A stretch of DNA of 64,000 nucleotides from an uncultured Erysipelotrichaceae bacterium (lineage in GTDB: Bacteria; Bacillota_I; Bacilli_A; RFN20; CAG-826), in NCBI GenBank assembly GCA_902768335.1, contig CACXKR010000002.1, forward strand, positions 19,465-83,464, in the 5' to 3' direction. The notes under the pieces were generated by a model. It worked only from the letters and a program-made list of their open reading frames with translations, was not told the DNA's origin and did not search any database. The position numbers and the translations under genes are program-made. Shown piece by piece: positions 1 to 8,166 of this stretch; positions within the stretch are counted from its first letter, which is position 1; each line of letters opens with the position of its first letter.

Positions 1-203
1 TTACCATCATCGCCTTTCCTCATTCTGCCAAGAGCTTCTTGCATCATGAAGAAGGTTTTTGAGTCTTTTCCAGGACCACTGGCGTTATTTAAAGGTAAAA
101 GTCTAATTAAGATGAAGCATAAAACAAATATGATTAAAAATGTAAAAACCATTAAAAGTAATCTTTTAATGATGTAAATCAATAATTCCTTTGTATTACG
201 CAT
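1..203 (-). CDS. ABC peptide-transporter permease (OppB/DppB-like), N-terminal ~67 codons only; gene runs off the left edge
   Basis: Reverse-strand ATG at 203..201 gives MRNTKELLIYIIKRLLLMVFTFLIIFVLCFILIRLLPLNNASGPGKDS..., an N-terminal TM helix typical of OppB-type permeases. It lies 80 nt downstream of the peptide-binding lipoprotein gene on the same strand. Confidence 0.6.
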   Translation of the reverse strand, partial: MRNTKELLIYIIKRLLLMVFTFLIIFVLCFILIRLLPLNNASGPGKDSKTFFMMQEALGRMRKGDDG

Positions 204-282
204 ATAAATACCTATAAACAGTAACCAGAGAGAAAGTTAATCCTCCCCGATTACTGTTTGAAAAATTTAAATAAGAGTTTAA

Positions 283-2946
283 TTAAGCCTTGTAGAGGTC
301 GACTAAACGATCTTTATTTTCGGCTAAGAATTGTTCCCATTCAGCGTTGGTGTAGTTGAAGGTCATATGACGAACTCCACCATAACCGATAAGGTTGATA
401 TAGGTTGATGAACCGTTTTCAATCTTATAGGAGTTGATCGCACTTGTTGCACGAGCATAGACTGGAACAGCTTCATAACGGTTTAAGATACCAGCTTCAA
501 GTCCTGCTAAGATAGTAAGAATGCGATTGTGTTGTTTCTTATATTCTTCACTACTCTTATCACCGCTTTCAACAATTTCGTTGATTTCGGTCCACCAAGA
601 GTTGAATGATTTGGTTTCTAAGACGCCATCGCCATCGGTATCGAGGCTTAATGGTGTTTCGTTTTGTTTACCTTTGAAGCCAAATTCGCAGCAGTTATCA
701 AATGTAGAATCGCAATAGACTTGCATTAAGCCGATTGGAGCAATAGCTGCGCCACCCCAAGTAGAGAAGATCATTTCAGTCTCACCTTTACGGCAAGTTG
801 TGTAATAGTCTTCATCTTTTTGAGATTGAATTTCAATGGTAACGCTTGTGCCAGCGAGTTCATTTGCTTTAGCAACAACCTTTTCAAATGAATCACGTAA
901 GAAGGCTAACATCTTCTTAGTTGTATCTGATTGATCATCATAAACTGGGAAGTAGAGTGAAATCTTAGAATTTGCAACTAAGTGACCTTCTTGGCTATCA
1001 GCGATTTCTTCTTGGAAAGCTTGAGCAACGCATTGAGCGGCTAAATCGAAGTTATAACCGCATTCACTTTCAGGAAGTGCACCACCACCTGGGCCAAGTT
1101 CTCCATAGACAGCATTGTAGACGCCTTTACCTTGAGCGGTATTGCGGTACATTTCACCAGCTTCAACATCTGTTAAATAAAGGCTATTAAGTAATCCGGT
1201 GAAGCCTTTGGAACCAGCAGTTGTTTGTGAAGCAAACAAGTTACGGTTAAGGGCTAAGGATAAACCTTTACGGAAGTTAATGTTAGCTAAGACAGTCTTA
1301 TTGACATCTCCAGCCGCTTTTTGACGGCTGAGGAGTTTAGCACGGTCTGAGTTAAACGAAATCTTGGTTGTGTATGATTCGTAGGTTTGGGTAAGTCTTG
1401 AAGAGTTACCATAATCTCTCATATCATCGGCATTTAAGTCGAAGTCATCTAAGTTACCAATCAAGAATTCTTGTTTAGCAGTTTGATGTTCTTGGATGAT
1501 ACGAGTATAGATGCTATCCATTTGGTATTGACCAACGTGTTTACCATCGGTGTAACCATACCATTTATCGTTTTTAACGATATTGAAGGATTTACCATCT
1601 TCGTAGGCCACAAGTTTATATGGACCATAGGAAGAATAACCTTCAACACCACCAGTTGGGGTAGCGTAAGTTGTGGACTTAAGACCACCGCTAGTTGTTT
1701 TGGTTAATGCATCATATTTTTCGACATCGACGATCCAGTTTCCGGTTAAGGAGAACTTAAGATCTAATGCGGTAATTGGTTTTGATAAGAATAATTTGAT
1801 AGTGTAATCATCTTTCTTAGCAATACCAACATTATCGAAGTCGACTTTGTCGTTATTGAAATAGTGGGCAAATAATGGAGCTTTCCATCTCCAATCTTTA
1901 CTTGCTAAACCGCTAGAAACTTCAGCAACAACTTTTTTGATATCAGACTTTAACATTTCTTGAGTGTAAAGTTCAGAATCTGTTTCTTGAGTAACAGGAT
2001 TATCAACTGTTTTACGAGCATAGGTTGGTTTTGAAGGATCGTCGAAGTTATCTAAATTGATATCAAAGTTGACCATATCAGAATCAACTTTGGTCGCTAA
2101 ATCCTTGTATTCAGTAACCTTTTCAGTCCATTTTTGTTGAACTTCTGCGTTTTTATCGCAGTATTTCCATACATAGTATGAAACGCCATCGAGAATTCTC
2201 TTGGATGCTAATTTTCCAGCATCGGAGAAATCGAATCTATCCAAGACATCATAAAAACCCTCAGTACTTCCTTCACCAAACAATGCATTTTCAAATGAAG
2301 AGTGAGCGGTGAGGTTGATAAACCAATATCCATCTGGACAGAAGTTATCATCGGTGGAAATACCAGTATTCTTATCTAAATACTTGTACGCTTCTTCCAT
2401 CGTGTTACGTCCTTGTTTAAAGTATCTTTCAGCATTAGCTAGGACTAAGCTTCCTGCATAATAGCTATCAGCACGGAAGTTGACCATTTCTGGATCGAGT
2501 TGTCTTTTCATAGACTCGATGTAAGTATCAGCGTTAATAGGTTTGCCGTCTTCCCAAACAGCAGCTTGGTTTAACGCGATTTCCCAGACGTAACCTTCGT
2601 CAGGGTTTCCAGAATAGCCATACTTCGCAAATTCTGCATCAGTAAGACTACTTGTAACGTCAACAGGCATGGCCGCAGCCATTTCGGTTATAATCTCGTA
2701 ACCGGTTTTGTCCGCATTGAATTGGAGATCGTAGAGACCCATTTCGGTAAATGCTGGTACATATGACTCATCACTTGTTTCCCAGTTATGGACATTCCAT
2801 GTCTTTGGATTGGTCGCGAGATATGTGTTGTAAGTGTAATTGTATCCACTACTCTTGCCACCGCCGCTACCGCAGCCGGAACAACCTACTGCAGAGAATG
2901 CTGCAAGTAAGACAGAGAGAGTAATTGGCAATATACTTCTTTTCAT
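283..2946 (-). CDS. Oversized (887 aa) ABC family-5 peptide/oligopeptide substrate-binding lipoprotein
   Basis: Signal peptide with lipobox AVGC. SBP family-5-like body (NPKTWN..., ...DDYTIKL...). AAGGAGG SD before the ATG. Followed by a permease gene. Confidence 0.75.
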   Translation of the reverse strand: MKRSILPITLSVLLAAFSAVGCSGCGSGGGKSSGYNYTYNTYLATNPKTWNVHNWETSDESYVPAFTEMGLYDLQFNADKTGYEIITEMAAAMPVDVTSSLTDAEFAKYGYSGNPDEGYVWEIALNQAAVWEDGKPINADTYIESMKRQLDPEMVNFRADSYYAGSLVLANAERYFKQGRNTMEEAYKYLDKNTGISTDDNFCPDGYWFINLTAHSSFENALFGEGSTEGFYDVLDRFDFSDAGKLASKRILDGVSYYVWKYCDKNAEVQQKWTEKVTEYKDLATKVDSDMVNFDINLDNFDDPSKPTYARKTVDNPVTQETDSELYTQEMLKSDIKKVVAEVSSGLASKDWRWKAPLFAHYFNNDKVDFDNVGIAKKDDYTIKLFLSKPITALDLKFSLTGNWIVDVEKYDALTKTTSGGLKSTTYATPTGGVEGYSSYGPYKLVAYEDGKSFNIVKNDKWYGYTDGKHVGQYQMDSIYTRIIQEHQTAKQEFLIGNLDDFDLNADDMRDYGNSSRLTQTYESYTTKISFNSDRAKLLSRQKAAGDVNKTVLANINFRKGLSLALNRNLFASQTTAGSKGFTGLLNSLYLTDVEAGEMYRNTAQGKGVYNAVYGELGPGGGALPESECGYNFDLAAQCVAQAFQEEIADSQEGHLVANSKISLYFPVYDDQSDTTKKMLAFLRDSFEKVVAKANELAGTSVTIEIQSQKDEDYYTTCRKGETEMIFSTWGGAAIAPIGLMQVYCDSTFDNCCEFGFKGKQNETPLSLDTDGDGVLETKSFNSWWTEINEIVESGDKSSEEYKKQHNRILTILAGLEAGILNRYEAVPVYARATSAINSYKIENGSSTYINLIGYGGVRHMTFNYTNAEWEQFLAENKDRLVDLYKA

Positions 2947-2973
2947 AACCTTTCCTCCTTTTAAATTGCATAT

Positions 2974-3002
2974 ATTATATATATCACTGATTTTTATCGC
3001 AA
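2974..3002 (-). promoter_or_regulatory. sigma70-type promoter of the peptide ABC operon
   Basis: Reverse strand TTGCGA (3002..2997), 17-nt spacer, TATAAT (2979..2974). A leader with AAGGAGG precedes ATG 2946. Confidence 0.5.
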
Positions 3003-3040
3003 CAAATAAATTATTTATTTCAAATTTATTGACTTTTTTT

Positions 3041-3072
3041 GCAAAAAGAAAAGAACCTTTATTGGTTCCTTT
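3041..3072 (-). terminator. Rho-independent terminator after the HD-domain gene
   Basis: Reverse strand AAGGAACC-aataaa-GGTTCTTT (8 bp, one G.U) followed by TCTTTTT, immediately after stop TAG 3075..3073. Confidence 0.5.
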
Positions 3073-3582
3073 CTAGAATAATTTTTGAATATTTTTGGTG
3101 ATTTTTTCGTCTCGTCTTTTCTTATATCTTTTACTCGTGAGCGCCTCTTTAAGCGCAACGTGATCATCCGCTAGATTAACGATTCGAGCTTCTTTGGTTC
3201 TTGGAAATTCCCTGAAATTAATCGGCCACATATGAGCCTGAATAATTTTTTGAACTTCTTCGGTTATATCGAAATCTGCTTTGGCGTTTTTAGCAGCGAT
3301 GTATGGATGATTCTTTCCGTGCCTTTTTAGCTTATTTCTATCTCTTCTCCAGTCATAAAGATAATAATCATGAAGAATAGAGGCGATGAGAATAGATTTT
3401 AGATTAACTCGTCTATGTCTTAGCCCACGTTTTATAGCAACTTTGGCAACTAAGAAAGAATGGTTAAAAGTATTTGACCCACGATGCATGGGAATATCCT
3501 TCATTTTCTGGACTTTTTCATCATTAAAAAAGAAGGAATAAATATCTTCTAATTCGCGCCTTTCAGTTTCAGTAATTTTCAT
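3073..3582 (-). CDS. HD-domain phosphohydrolase (169 aa from ATG 3582; the ORF track start 3594 is a TTG)
   Basis: H..HS...LHD...HMWP motifs (FNHSFLVA, ILHDYYLYDW, QAHMWP) typical of the HD superfamily. Confidence 0.6.
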   Translation of the reverse strand: MKITETERRELEDIYSFFFNDEKVQKMKDIPMHRGSNTFNHSFLVAKVAIKRGLRHRRVNLKSILIASILHDYYLYDWRRDRNKLKRHGKNHPYIAAKNAKADFDITEEVQKIIQAHMWPINFREFPRTKEARIVNLADDHVALKEALTSKRYKKRRDEKITKNIQKLF

Positions 3583-3608
3583 ACAAATATCCAAGATTTG
3601 CGGAAATT

Positions 3609-4757
3609 TTAAACCTTTAAATCCCCTTCTTTAATTAGGCCAAAATGGTGGAAAAGTAAATCAATTGCAAACACTAAAACTGCCGGAGCAACAATTTGCA
3701 AAACAAAGATGGAAACCCAGGCTTGCCATGAGCCTATTCCCATCGAAGAAATGGTACCAATTTGACCCACTAAACCAGCCGTTCCCATACCTGCACTACT
3801 ACCGATACAAATTGTCTTTAAAAGACAGGTAGAAATTGGCCCGAGAATAGCGGATGCGATTATTGTCGGTAACCAAATTATTGGTTTTTTAAGGATATTT
3901 TTAAATTGAAGCATAGAAGTGCCTATTCCAATTGAAATAACCATTCCGATATTATTATCTTTCCTTGATTGAATAGCAAAGCCAACCATTTGAGTTGAGC
4001 AACCTACAACAGCTGCTCCAGAAGCGATTAATAGACCACTATAAGCAGGATCGGCTAAAGCCTGAGCAATAGTGATATCGCCAGGAATAACAAATATCAT
4101 TGCTGCAATAGCAGCACTTGAGATAGGAGCTGTTAAAGCCATGCCCATTAGCACTGCTACAACTAAGCCCATTACAAACGGAACAGCATTTGTTCCAGAA
4201 TTGACTAACCATTGAATAGCGAATGTGACATAAATTGCAGGATATCTTAAAAGTAATGATGCTGTTAAACCCACTGCGGCACCAAATAATGGGATAAGTA
4301 AAATATCAACCGGTGTTTTCTTAGTTAAAACGTATTTCATTGCTAGAGCAGTTCCGATGCAAACAAGATAAATCGTTAAAGGATCGCCAACTTTGAATGC
4401 ATCAGCAGTTGGGAAAGTTCCATCGGTAACAAATTTTGTAGTTAAAGAAAAATAAGCTGCAACTTCACCAACGGCAGCTAAAGTAACGGTTTTAAGTGGA
4501 TCCATCTTTAACGCTAAAGCAATGCCAACTCCAATGCCCGCGCCTGTTAATATTTGAAGAACGTAAGAAAGACCGCCTTTTCCATTTCCAATGATTTTGG
4601 CCATGAAATCGCAGAAAGCATTTCCTTCTCCATATTTAAATAATCCACCGATTGTCGCAAATATGGTTCCGATTATTAAAGTAGCAAAAAGACCATAGGC
4701 CATGCCGTTAAGAGTTTTGATTAGGAAATCTTGAATAGGTCTATTCTTTTCTTCCAT
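3609..4757 (-). CDS. Polytopic membrane protein, PTS EIIC-type-2-like permease
   Basis: About 10 predicted TM helices. The N-terminus FLIKTLNGMAYGLF resembles proteins annotated PTS sugar transporter subunit IIC (PTS_EIIC_2), from memory only. No EIIA/EIIB partner in the window. Confidence 0.45.
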   Translation of the reverse strand: MEEKNRPIQDFLIKTLNGMAYGLFATLIIGTIFATIGGLFKYGEGNAFCDFMAKIIGNGKGGLSYVLQILTGAGIGVGIALALKMDPLKTVTLAAVGEVAAYFSLTTKFVTDGTFPTADAFKVGDPLTIYLVCIGTALAMKYVLTKKTPVDILLIPLFGAAVGLTASLLLRYPAIYVTFAIQWLVNSGTNAVPFVMGLVVAVLMGMALTAPISSAAIAAMIFVIPGDITIAQALADPAYSGLLIASGAAVVGCSTQMVGFAIQSRKDNNIGMVISIGIGTSMLQFKNILKKPIIWLPTIIASAILGPISTCLLKTICIGSSAGMGTAGLVGQIGTISSMGIGSWQAWVSIFVLQIVAPAVLVFAIDLLFHHFGLIKEGDLKV

Positions 4758-4799
4758 ATTGTATATATTTAACCATTATTTAAGAATAAATAAAGTTAT

Positions 4800-5234
4800 T
4801 TAATTACTTTTTTGCTTGAGGATTTGATTTATTTGTTTGAGATTATAAACAGGAATTTTCTGACTTTTGAAGTCTCTGGTGTTACTCGTTATAACAGCAT
4901 CCAACAAAAGTCTATCCGCTGCTTCAATTTGAAGTCCATCTTCATAATCAGAATATTCTCCATCATCATTAAACAAAGCATTGATAGCATCATCAGCAGT
5001 TATATCAATTACTTTTGAACAAAGTTCATATGTTGAAAATTGCGCACGATTCGCAAGTTCCTTATCATGAACTTTATGATGAACAACATAACCGATATCT
5101 CTAATAGACATGCTGGTAACGAAGATTTGATTCTTTCTTAATCTAGATAAGACAAAGAATTCTTTTGCATCCTGAAAATTATCTCGGGATAAAAGGTAAT
5201 CAAGAAAAACATTTGTATCTACCAAGTATTTCAT
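4800..5234 (-). CDS. PIN-domain ribonuclease toxin (VapC-like), type II TA
   Basis: N-terminal MKYLVDTNVFLDYL and C-terminal LLDAVITSNTRDF acidic-residue motifs of PIN domains. 4-nt overlap with the upstream small gene. Confidence 0.8.
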   Translation of the reverse strand: MKYLVDTNVFLDYLLSRDNFQDAKEFFVLSRLRKNQIFVTSMSIRDIGYVVHHKVHDKELANRAQFSTYELCSKVIDITADDAINALFNDDGEYSDYEDGLQIEAADRLLLDAVITSNTRDFKSQKIPVYNLKQINQILKQKSN

Positions 5235-5455
5235 CTTGTTTCTATAGCTTCTAAAAGAGCGTCCTCATTGCTAATATCATCGACATTTTTAATTTCATCC
5301 CTAAGTTTTAAGAAATTGAGCAACGCCTTATCTTTTGGGTTAGTTAACATAGTTAAAACATTACCATTTTTTGTAACGATAACATCTTCTGTTAATGATA
5401 ACTCCATATATTTCATAAGATTATTTTTTAATTCAGTAGCCGTTATATAACACAT
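5231..5455 (-). CDS. Antitoxin, Phd/YefM-like (74 aa)
   Basis: Small acidic protein beginning ITATELKNNLMKYMEL... (Phd/YefM-like N-terminus). ATGA-type overlap with the PIN gene. Purine-rich SD (GGGGAGAAATAAGGGG) upstream. Confidence 0.65.
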   Translation of the reverse strand: MCYITATELKNNLMKYMELSLTEDVIVTKNGNVLTMLTNPKDKALLNFLKLRDEIKNVDDISNEDALLEAIETR

Positions 5456-5470
5456 CCCCTTATTTCTCCC

Positions 5471-5519
5471 CTATCTAAAGATAGCATTATCGTACGATTT
5501 TTACAATATATTTCGTACG
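5471..5519 (-). promoter_or_regulatory. Candidate operator cluster of the TA promoter
   Basis: Perfect 14-nt palindrome CTATCTAAAGATAG (5471..5484), plus two CGTACG palindromes (5491..5496 and 5514..5519) flanking a GATAAT -10-like element on the reverse strand. Confidence 0.35.
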
Positions 5520-5526
5520 TTTAGTC

Positions 5527-5554
5527 AAAATAAAAAAATGTATCTAAAGATACA
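5527..5554 (-). terminator. Terminator after cysE
   Basis: Reverse strand TGTATCT-tt-AGATACA hairpin followed by TTTTTTTATTTT. Confidence 0.45.
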
Positions 5555-5571
5555 CTTCTTATATTATTCGA

Positions 5572-6216
5572 TTATTTCTTTTCAATCTTCAAGATTGGCT
5601 TAGCAGATGTGACTCTTGAATTTTCTGGAATGCTCTCAGTTATAAAGACACCACCACCGATGACGGAATTTTCACCAACTGTAATATCACCTAATAATGT
5701 CGCATTAGCATATATAACAACTTTATCTTTAATGCTTGGATGTCTTTTTACACCTTTGATGCTTTGACCTTGCTTTGGAGAAAGCGCACCTAATGTAACA
5801 CCTTGATAAAGTCTTACATTTTTACCAATGATAGTTGTTTCACCAATGACGATGCCGGTTCCGTGGTCAATAAAAAATGGATATCCGATATCAGCACCTG
5901 GATTTATATCGATGCCGGTCATCGTGTGAGCAAGTTCACTAACAATGCGGGCTTCAATTTTTTGATCTTTTTTATAAAGAATATGAGCAATTCTATAAAA
6001 TAGAATCGCCTTAAAACCAGGATAAGTTAATTTGATTTCTTCAATCGAGTTAGCGGCAGGATCGCATTCATAAAAGAATTTCGCGTCTTCCTCGATAATT
6101 TTAGTTAAACATTCAAGCTCTTCTTTTTTTAGAAGCTTAAAATGGCAACCTTTACCAGTGGCAAGGTAGTTTTCAATCTTTAAAGCATCTTTAAGAACTC
6201 TATTGCGGTTAATCAT
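5572..6216 (-). CDS. cysE: Serine O-acetyltransferase
   Basis: SATase N-terminal region plus hexapeptide repeats DINPGADIGYPFFIDHGTGIVIGETTIIGKNVRLYQGVTLG. Confidence 0.85.
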   Translation of the reverse strand: MINRNRVLKDALKIENYLATGKGCHFKLLKKEELECLTKIIEEDAKFFYECDPAANSIEEIKLTYPGFKAILFYRIAHILYKKDQKIEARIVSELAHTMTGIDINPGADIGYPFFIDHGTGIVIGETTIIGKNVRLYQGVTLGALSPKQGQSIKGVKRHPSIKDKVVIYANATLLGDITVGENSVIGGGVFITESIPENSRVTSAKPILKIEKK

Positions 6217-6265
6217 TCGTGAATATTCTAAAGCAAGAGATAAAAATAATCTATTGTAAGATAAA

Positions 6266-6610
6266 CTATTTAAAAGCAGGACAGACCTTTTTACCTTCTT
6301 CTCGCATTAAACCTCGTTTATCTAAATCTAAGCAACGTTTAATATTTGTTTCAGTCCAATGCGATTTCTTTTTTCTTGGTGAAAACCTTTGAACAAGCAC
6401 ACCACTTAAATTTCGAAGAGTAGAATCAATCCAACCAAAGCATAGCGCCACTTTAACTGCATCATAATAGCTTAATATATCAGTGCAGTTTTCTGGTTTT
6501 TGTCTAGATATTTTAATGAATACTTCTTTTTCACTATTTGCATGAGTTAAAAACCATGAATAGAATTCATCAAAAGTTTTTAAATCTAAATAATCAATAT
6601 CAGTTTTCAC
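6266..6610 (-). CDS. YdeI/OmpD-associated family-like small protein (GTG start)
   Basis: FYSWFLTH...YYDAVKVALCFGWIDS...RFSPRKKKSHWTETN resembles the YdeI (OmdA) family, from memory. Confidence 0.45.
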   Translation of the reverse strand: MKTDIDYLDLKTFDEFYSWFLTHANSEKEVFIKISRQKPENCTDILSYYDAVKVALCFGWIDSTLRNLSGVLVQRFSPRKKKSHWTETNIKRCLDLDKRGLMREEGKKVCPAFK

Positions 6611-6622
6611 CCGTTTATTATA

Positions 6623-6653
6623 ACAAAAACAGTCCTGAATGCATCAGAACTGT
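6623..6653 (-). terminator. Terminator after tRNA-Met
   Basis: Reverse strand ACAGTTCTGA-tgca-(t)TCAGGACTGT 10-bp stem followed by TTTTTG. Confidence 0.55.
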
Positions 6654-6663
6654 AATTTATATT

Positions 6664-6740
6664 TGGTAGCTGAGGAGGGATTTGAACCCCCGACGCGCCG
6701 GGTATGAGCCGACTGCTCTAACCAACTGAGCTACTCAGCC
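6664..6740 (-). tRNA. tRNA with CAU anticodon (elongator Met-like; Ile2/lysidine not excluded)
   Basis: Reverse complement GGCTGAGTAGCTCAGTTGGTTAGAGCAGTCGGCTCATACCCGGCGCGTCGGGGGTTCAAATCCCTCCTCAGCTACCA folds as a cloverleaf with loop CTCATAC. CCA is encoded. Confidence 0.9.
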
Positions 6741-7121
6741 ATTTAAACCGCATTCAGCGGATACATAAATATAATAAGTTAACAACAAGATTTTTATTAA
6801 ATGATTGCATATTCGAAACAAGACTTTTTTAGCGCAAAGATGAATGGAAGGAAAAGAACGCAAATATCTCCGCAACTCACGGTTATTTAAAACGATTTTC
6901 AAAGTTATTCCGAATTTTGGAAAAACAGATTATCAGACTTATATTTATGAACGATTGTCGCTTATTAGTTAATTTATACTTTGTATATTTTAAACAATAC
7001 TAAGCAATCATCACTAAATATGTCATTTTGCTAAATTTTAAAAATTTTGACTCTGATTTTCTTATCTTTGAAAAGAAAAAACTTTCTCGTATAATTATTA
7101 CGGTATCAAGGAGGATTAACT

Positions 7122-7712
7122 ATGGCAATCAGATGTCCTAAGTGTGGTAAATTCTTATCCAAAGATGATAAAACATGTCCAAATTGTGGAGCAATTATTT
7201 CTCAAGGCGCTTCCTTTAGAGTAAGTGAACCTAAACCCGCTCCTGCTCCAAAGAAAGTCATAAAACAACCTGTCGTAAATCTAGAAGGTAATGTAAAGGT
7301 TGAAAAAGCTCCCGATGTTATTAGAAGAGGCAGCGATCCAGTCATCATTACCAAATATGAAACTGTTTATGTTGAAGAACCGCTTGGTTTTGATTCAGTT
7401 TCTTATTTCGATGGAAAACTCCATCAATACATTGGTTGGAATCTCCTTGGAGCATTAGTTACTCTTGTCACTCTTGGTATTTGTTATCCACTCTGGTATG
7501 CATGGCTTGTTAAATGGGAATGTAAACACACCGTCCTTCGTGGATATAGACAATATTTCGATGGAAAGGCAAGTTCATTATTACCAAGATGGCTATTATG
7601 GTATTTGCTTACTATCGTCACCTTAACCATTTATGGTTGGTGGACTCCAATTAGACTTCGTAAATGGAAAGTCAACCGTATTAGACTAGTTAAAGATAAG
7701 AAAAGAAAATAA
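7122..7712 (+). CDS. Zinc-ribbon / proline-rich linker / two-TM DUF898 (YjgN)-like membrane protein
   Basis: N-terminal CPKC-x12-CPNC, PKPAPAPKK linker, and a W-rich C-terminal TM pair (ICYPLWYAWLVKWE, TIYGWWTPIRLRKW). AAGGAGG SD. Confidence 0.5.
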   Translation: MAIRCPKCGKFLSKDDKTCPNCGAIISQGASFRVSEPKPAPAPKKVIKQPVVNLEGNVKVEKAPDVIRRGSDPVIITKYETVYVEEPLGFDSVSYFDGKLHQYIGWNLLGALVTLVTLGICYPLWYAWLVKWECKHTVLRGYRQYFDGKASSLLPRWLLWYLLTIVTLTIYGWWTPIRLRKWKVNRIRLVKDKKRK

Positions 7713-7749
7713 GTCGTTAATATATCTTTGATTAATACGCATTTCTAAC

Positions 7750-7778
7750 TTGTTAGATATATTTTGTAGTGTTATAAT
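7750..7778 (+). promoter_or_regulatory. Promoter of the tRNA Cys-Arg-Pro cluster
   Basis: TTGTTA (7750..7755), 17-nt spacer ending in TGt, TATAAT (7773..7778). tRNA-Cys starts at 7789. Confidence 0.5.
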
Positions 7779-7788
7779 CTATCGCGCT

Positions 7789-7862
7789 GGTTCCCTAGCC
7801 AAGTGGTAAGGCAATTGACTGCAACTCAATGAGCGTCGGTTCAACTCCGACGGGAACCTCCA
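7789..7862 (+). tRNA. tRNA-Cys (GCA)
   Basis: GGTTCCC acceptor, anticodon arm ATTGA-CTGCAAC-TCAAT, T arm GTCGG-TTCAACT-CCGAC, CCA encoded. Confidence 0.9.
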
Positions 7863-7929
7863 TGATTGATTATAAAGTGCTTGAAATCTCTCTTAATGGT
7901 TATTAAGATATAAAAGCGCTTCAATCAAT

Positions 7930-8006
7930 GCGCCTGTAGCTCAACTGGATAGAGTATCAGACTACGAATCTGAGGGTTGCATGTTCGATTCATGTCAGGC
8001 GCGCCA
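7930..8006 (+). tRNA. tRNA-Arg (ACG)
   Basis: GCGCCTG acceptor, anticodon arm TCAGA-CTACGAA-TCTGA, CCA encoded. Confidence 0.9.
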
Positions 8007-8014
8007 TTAAAATT

Positions 8015-8091
8015 CGGGATGTAGCGTAGCTTGGTATCGCGTCTGCTTTGGGAGCAGAAGGCCGCTGGTTCAAATCCAGTCATCCCGACCA
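8015..8091 (+). tRNA. tRNA-Pro (UGG)
   Basis: CGGGATG acceptor, anticodon arm TCTGC-TTTGGGA-GCAGA, T loop TTCAAAT, CCA encoded. Confidence 0.9.
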
Positions 8092-8103
8092 TTAAACAAT
8101 AAT

Positions 8104-8127
8104 ACACCTACTTGTAGGTGTTTTTAT
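8104..8127 (+). terminator. Terminator of the tRNA cluster
   Basis: ACACCTAC..GTAGGTGT hairpin followed by TTTTTATTT. Confidence 0.55.
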
Positions 8128-8130
8128 TTA

Positions 8131-8160
8131 TTTACATTTAAGGTATCTTTATAAGATAAT
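8131..8160 (+). promoter_or_regulatory. Promoter placed for a leaderless GT4 transcript
   Basis: TTTACA (8131..8136), 18-nt spacer, GATAAT (8155..8160), then 6 nt and ATG 8167. No SD. Confidence 0.4.
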
Positions 8161-8166
8161 AGTAAT

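Noticed and set aside
6741-7121. Unusually long (380 bp) non-coding spacer, examined for a riboswitch, sRNA, small ORF or gene remnant.
   Set aside because: I found only a 29-codon ORF without an SD, short direct repeats (GCAAA) and no conserved riboswitch motif I recognise. I cannot support any call. A covariance-model scan would be the proper test.
7925-8107. 60-aa minus-strand ORF in the track.
   Set aside because: It lies entirely antisense to tRNA-Arg(ACG) and tRNA-Pro(UGG). It has no SD and no recognisable family, so it is a by-product of the GC-richer tRNA sequence.
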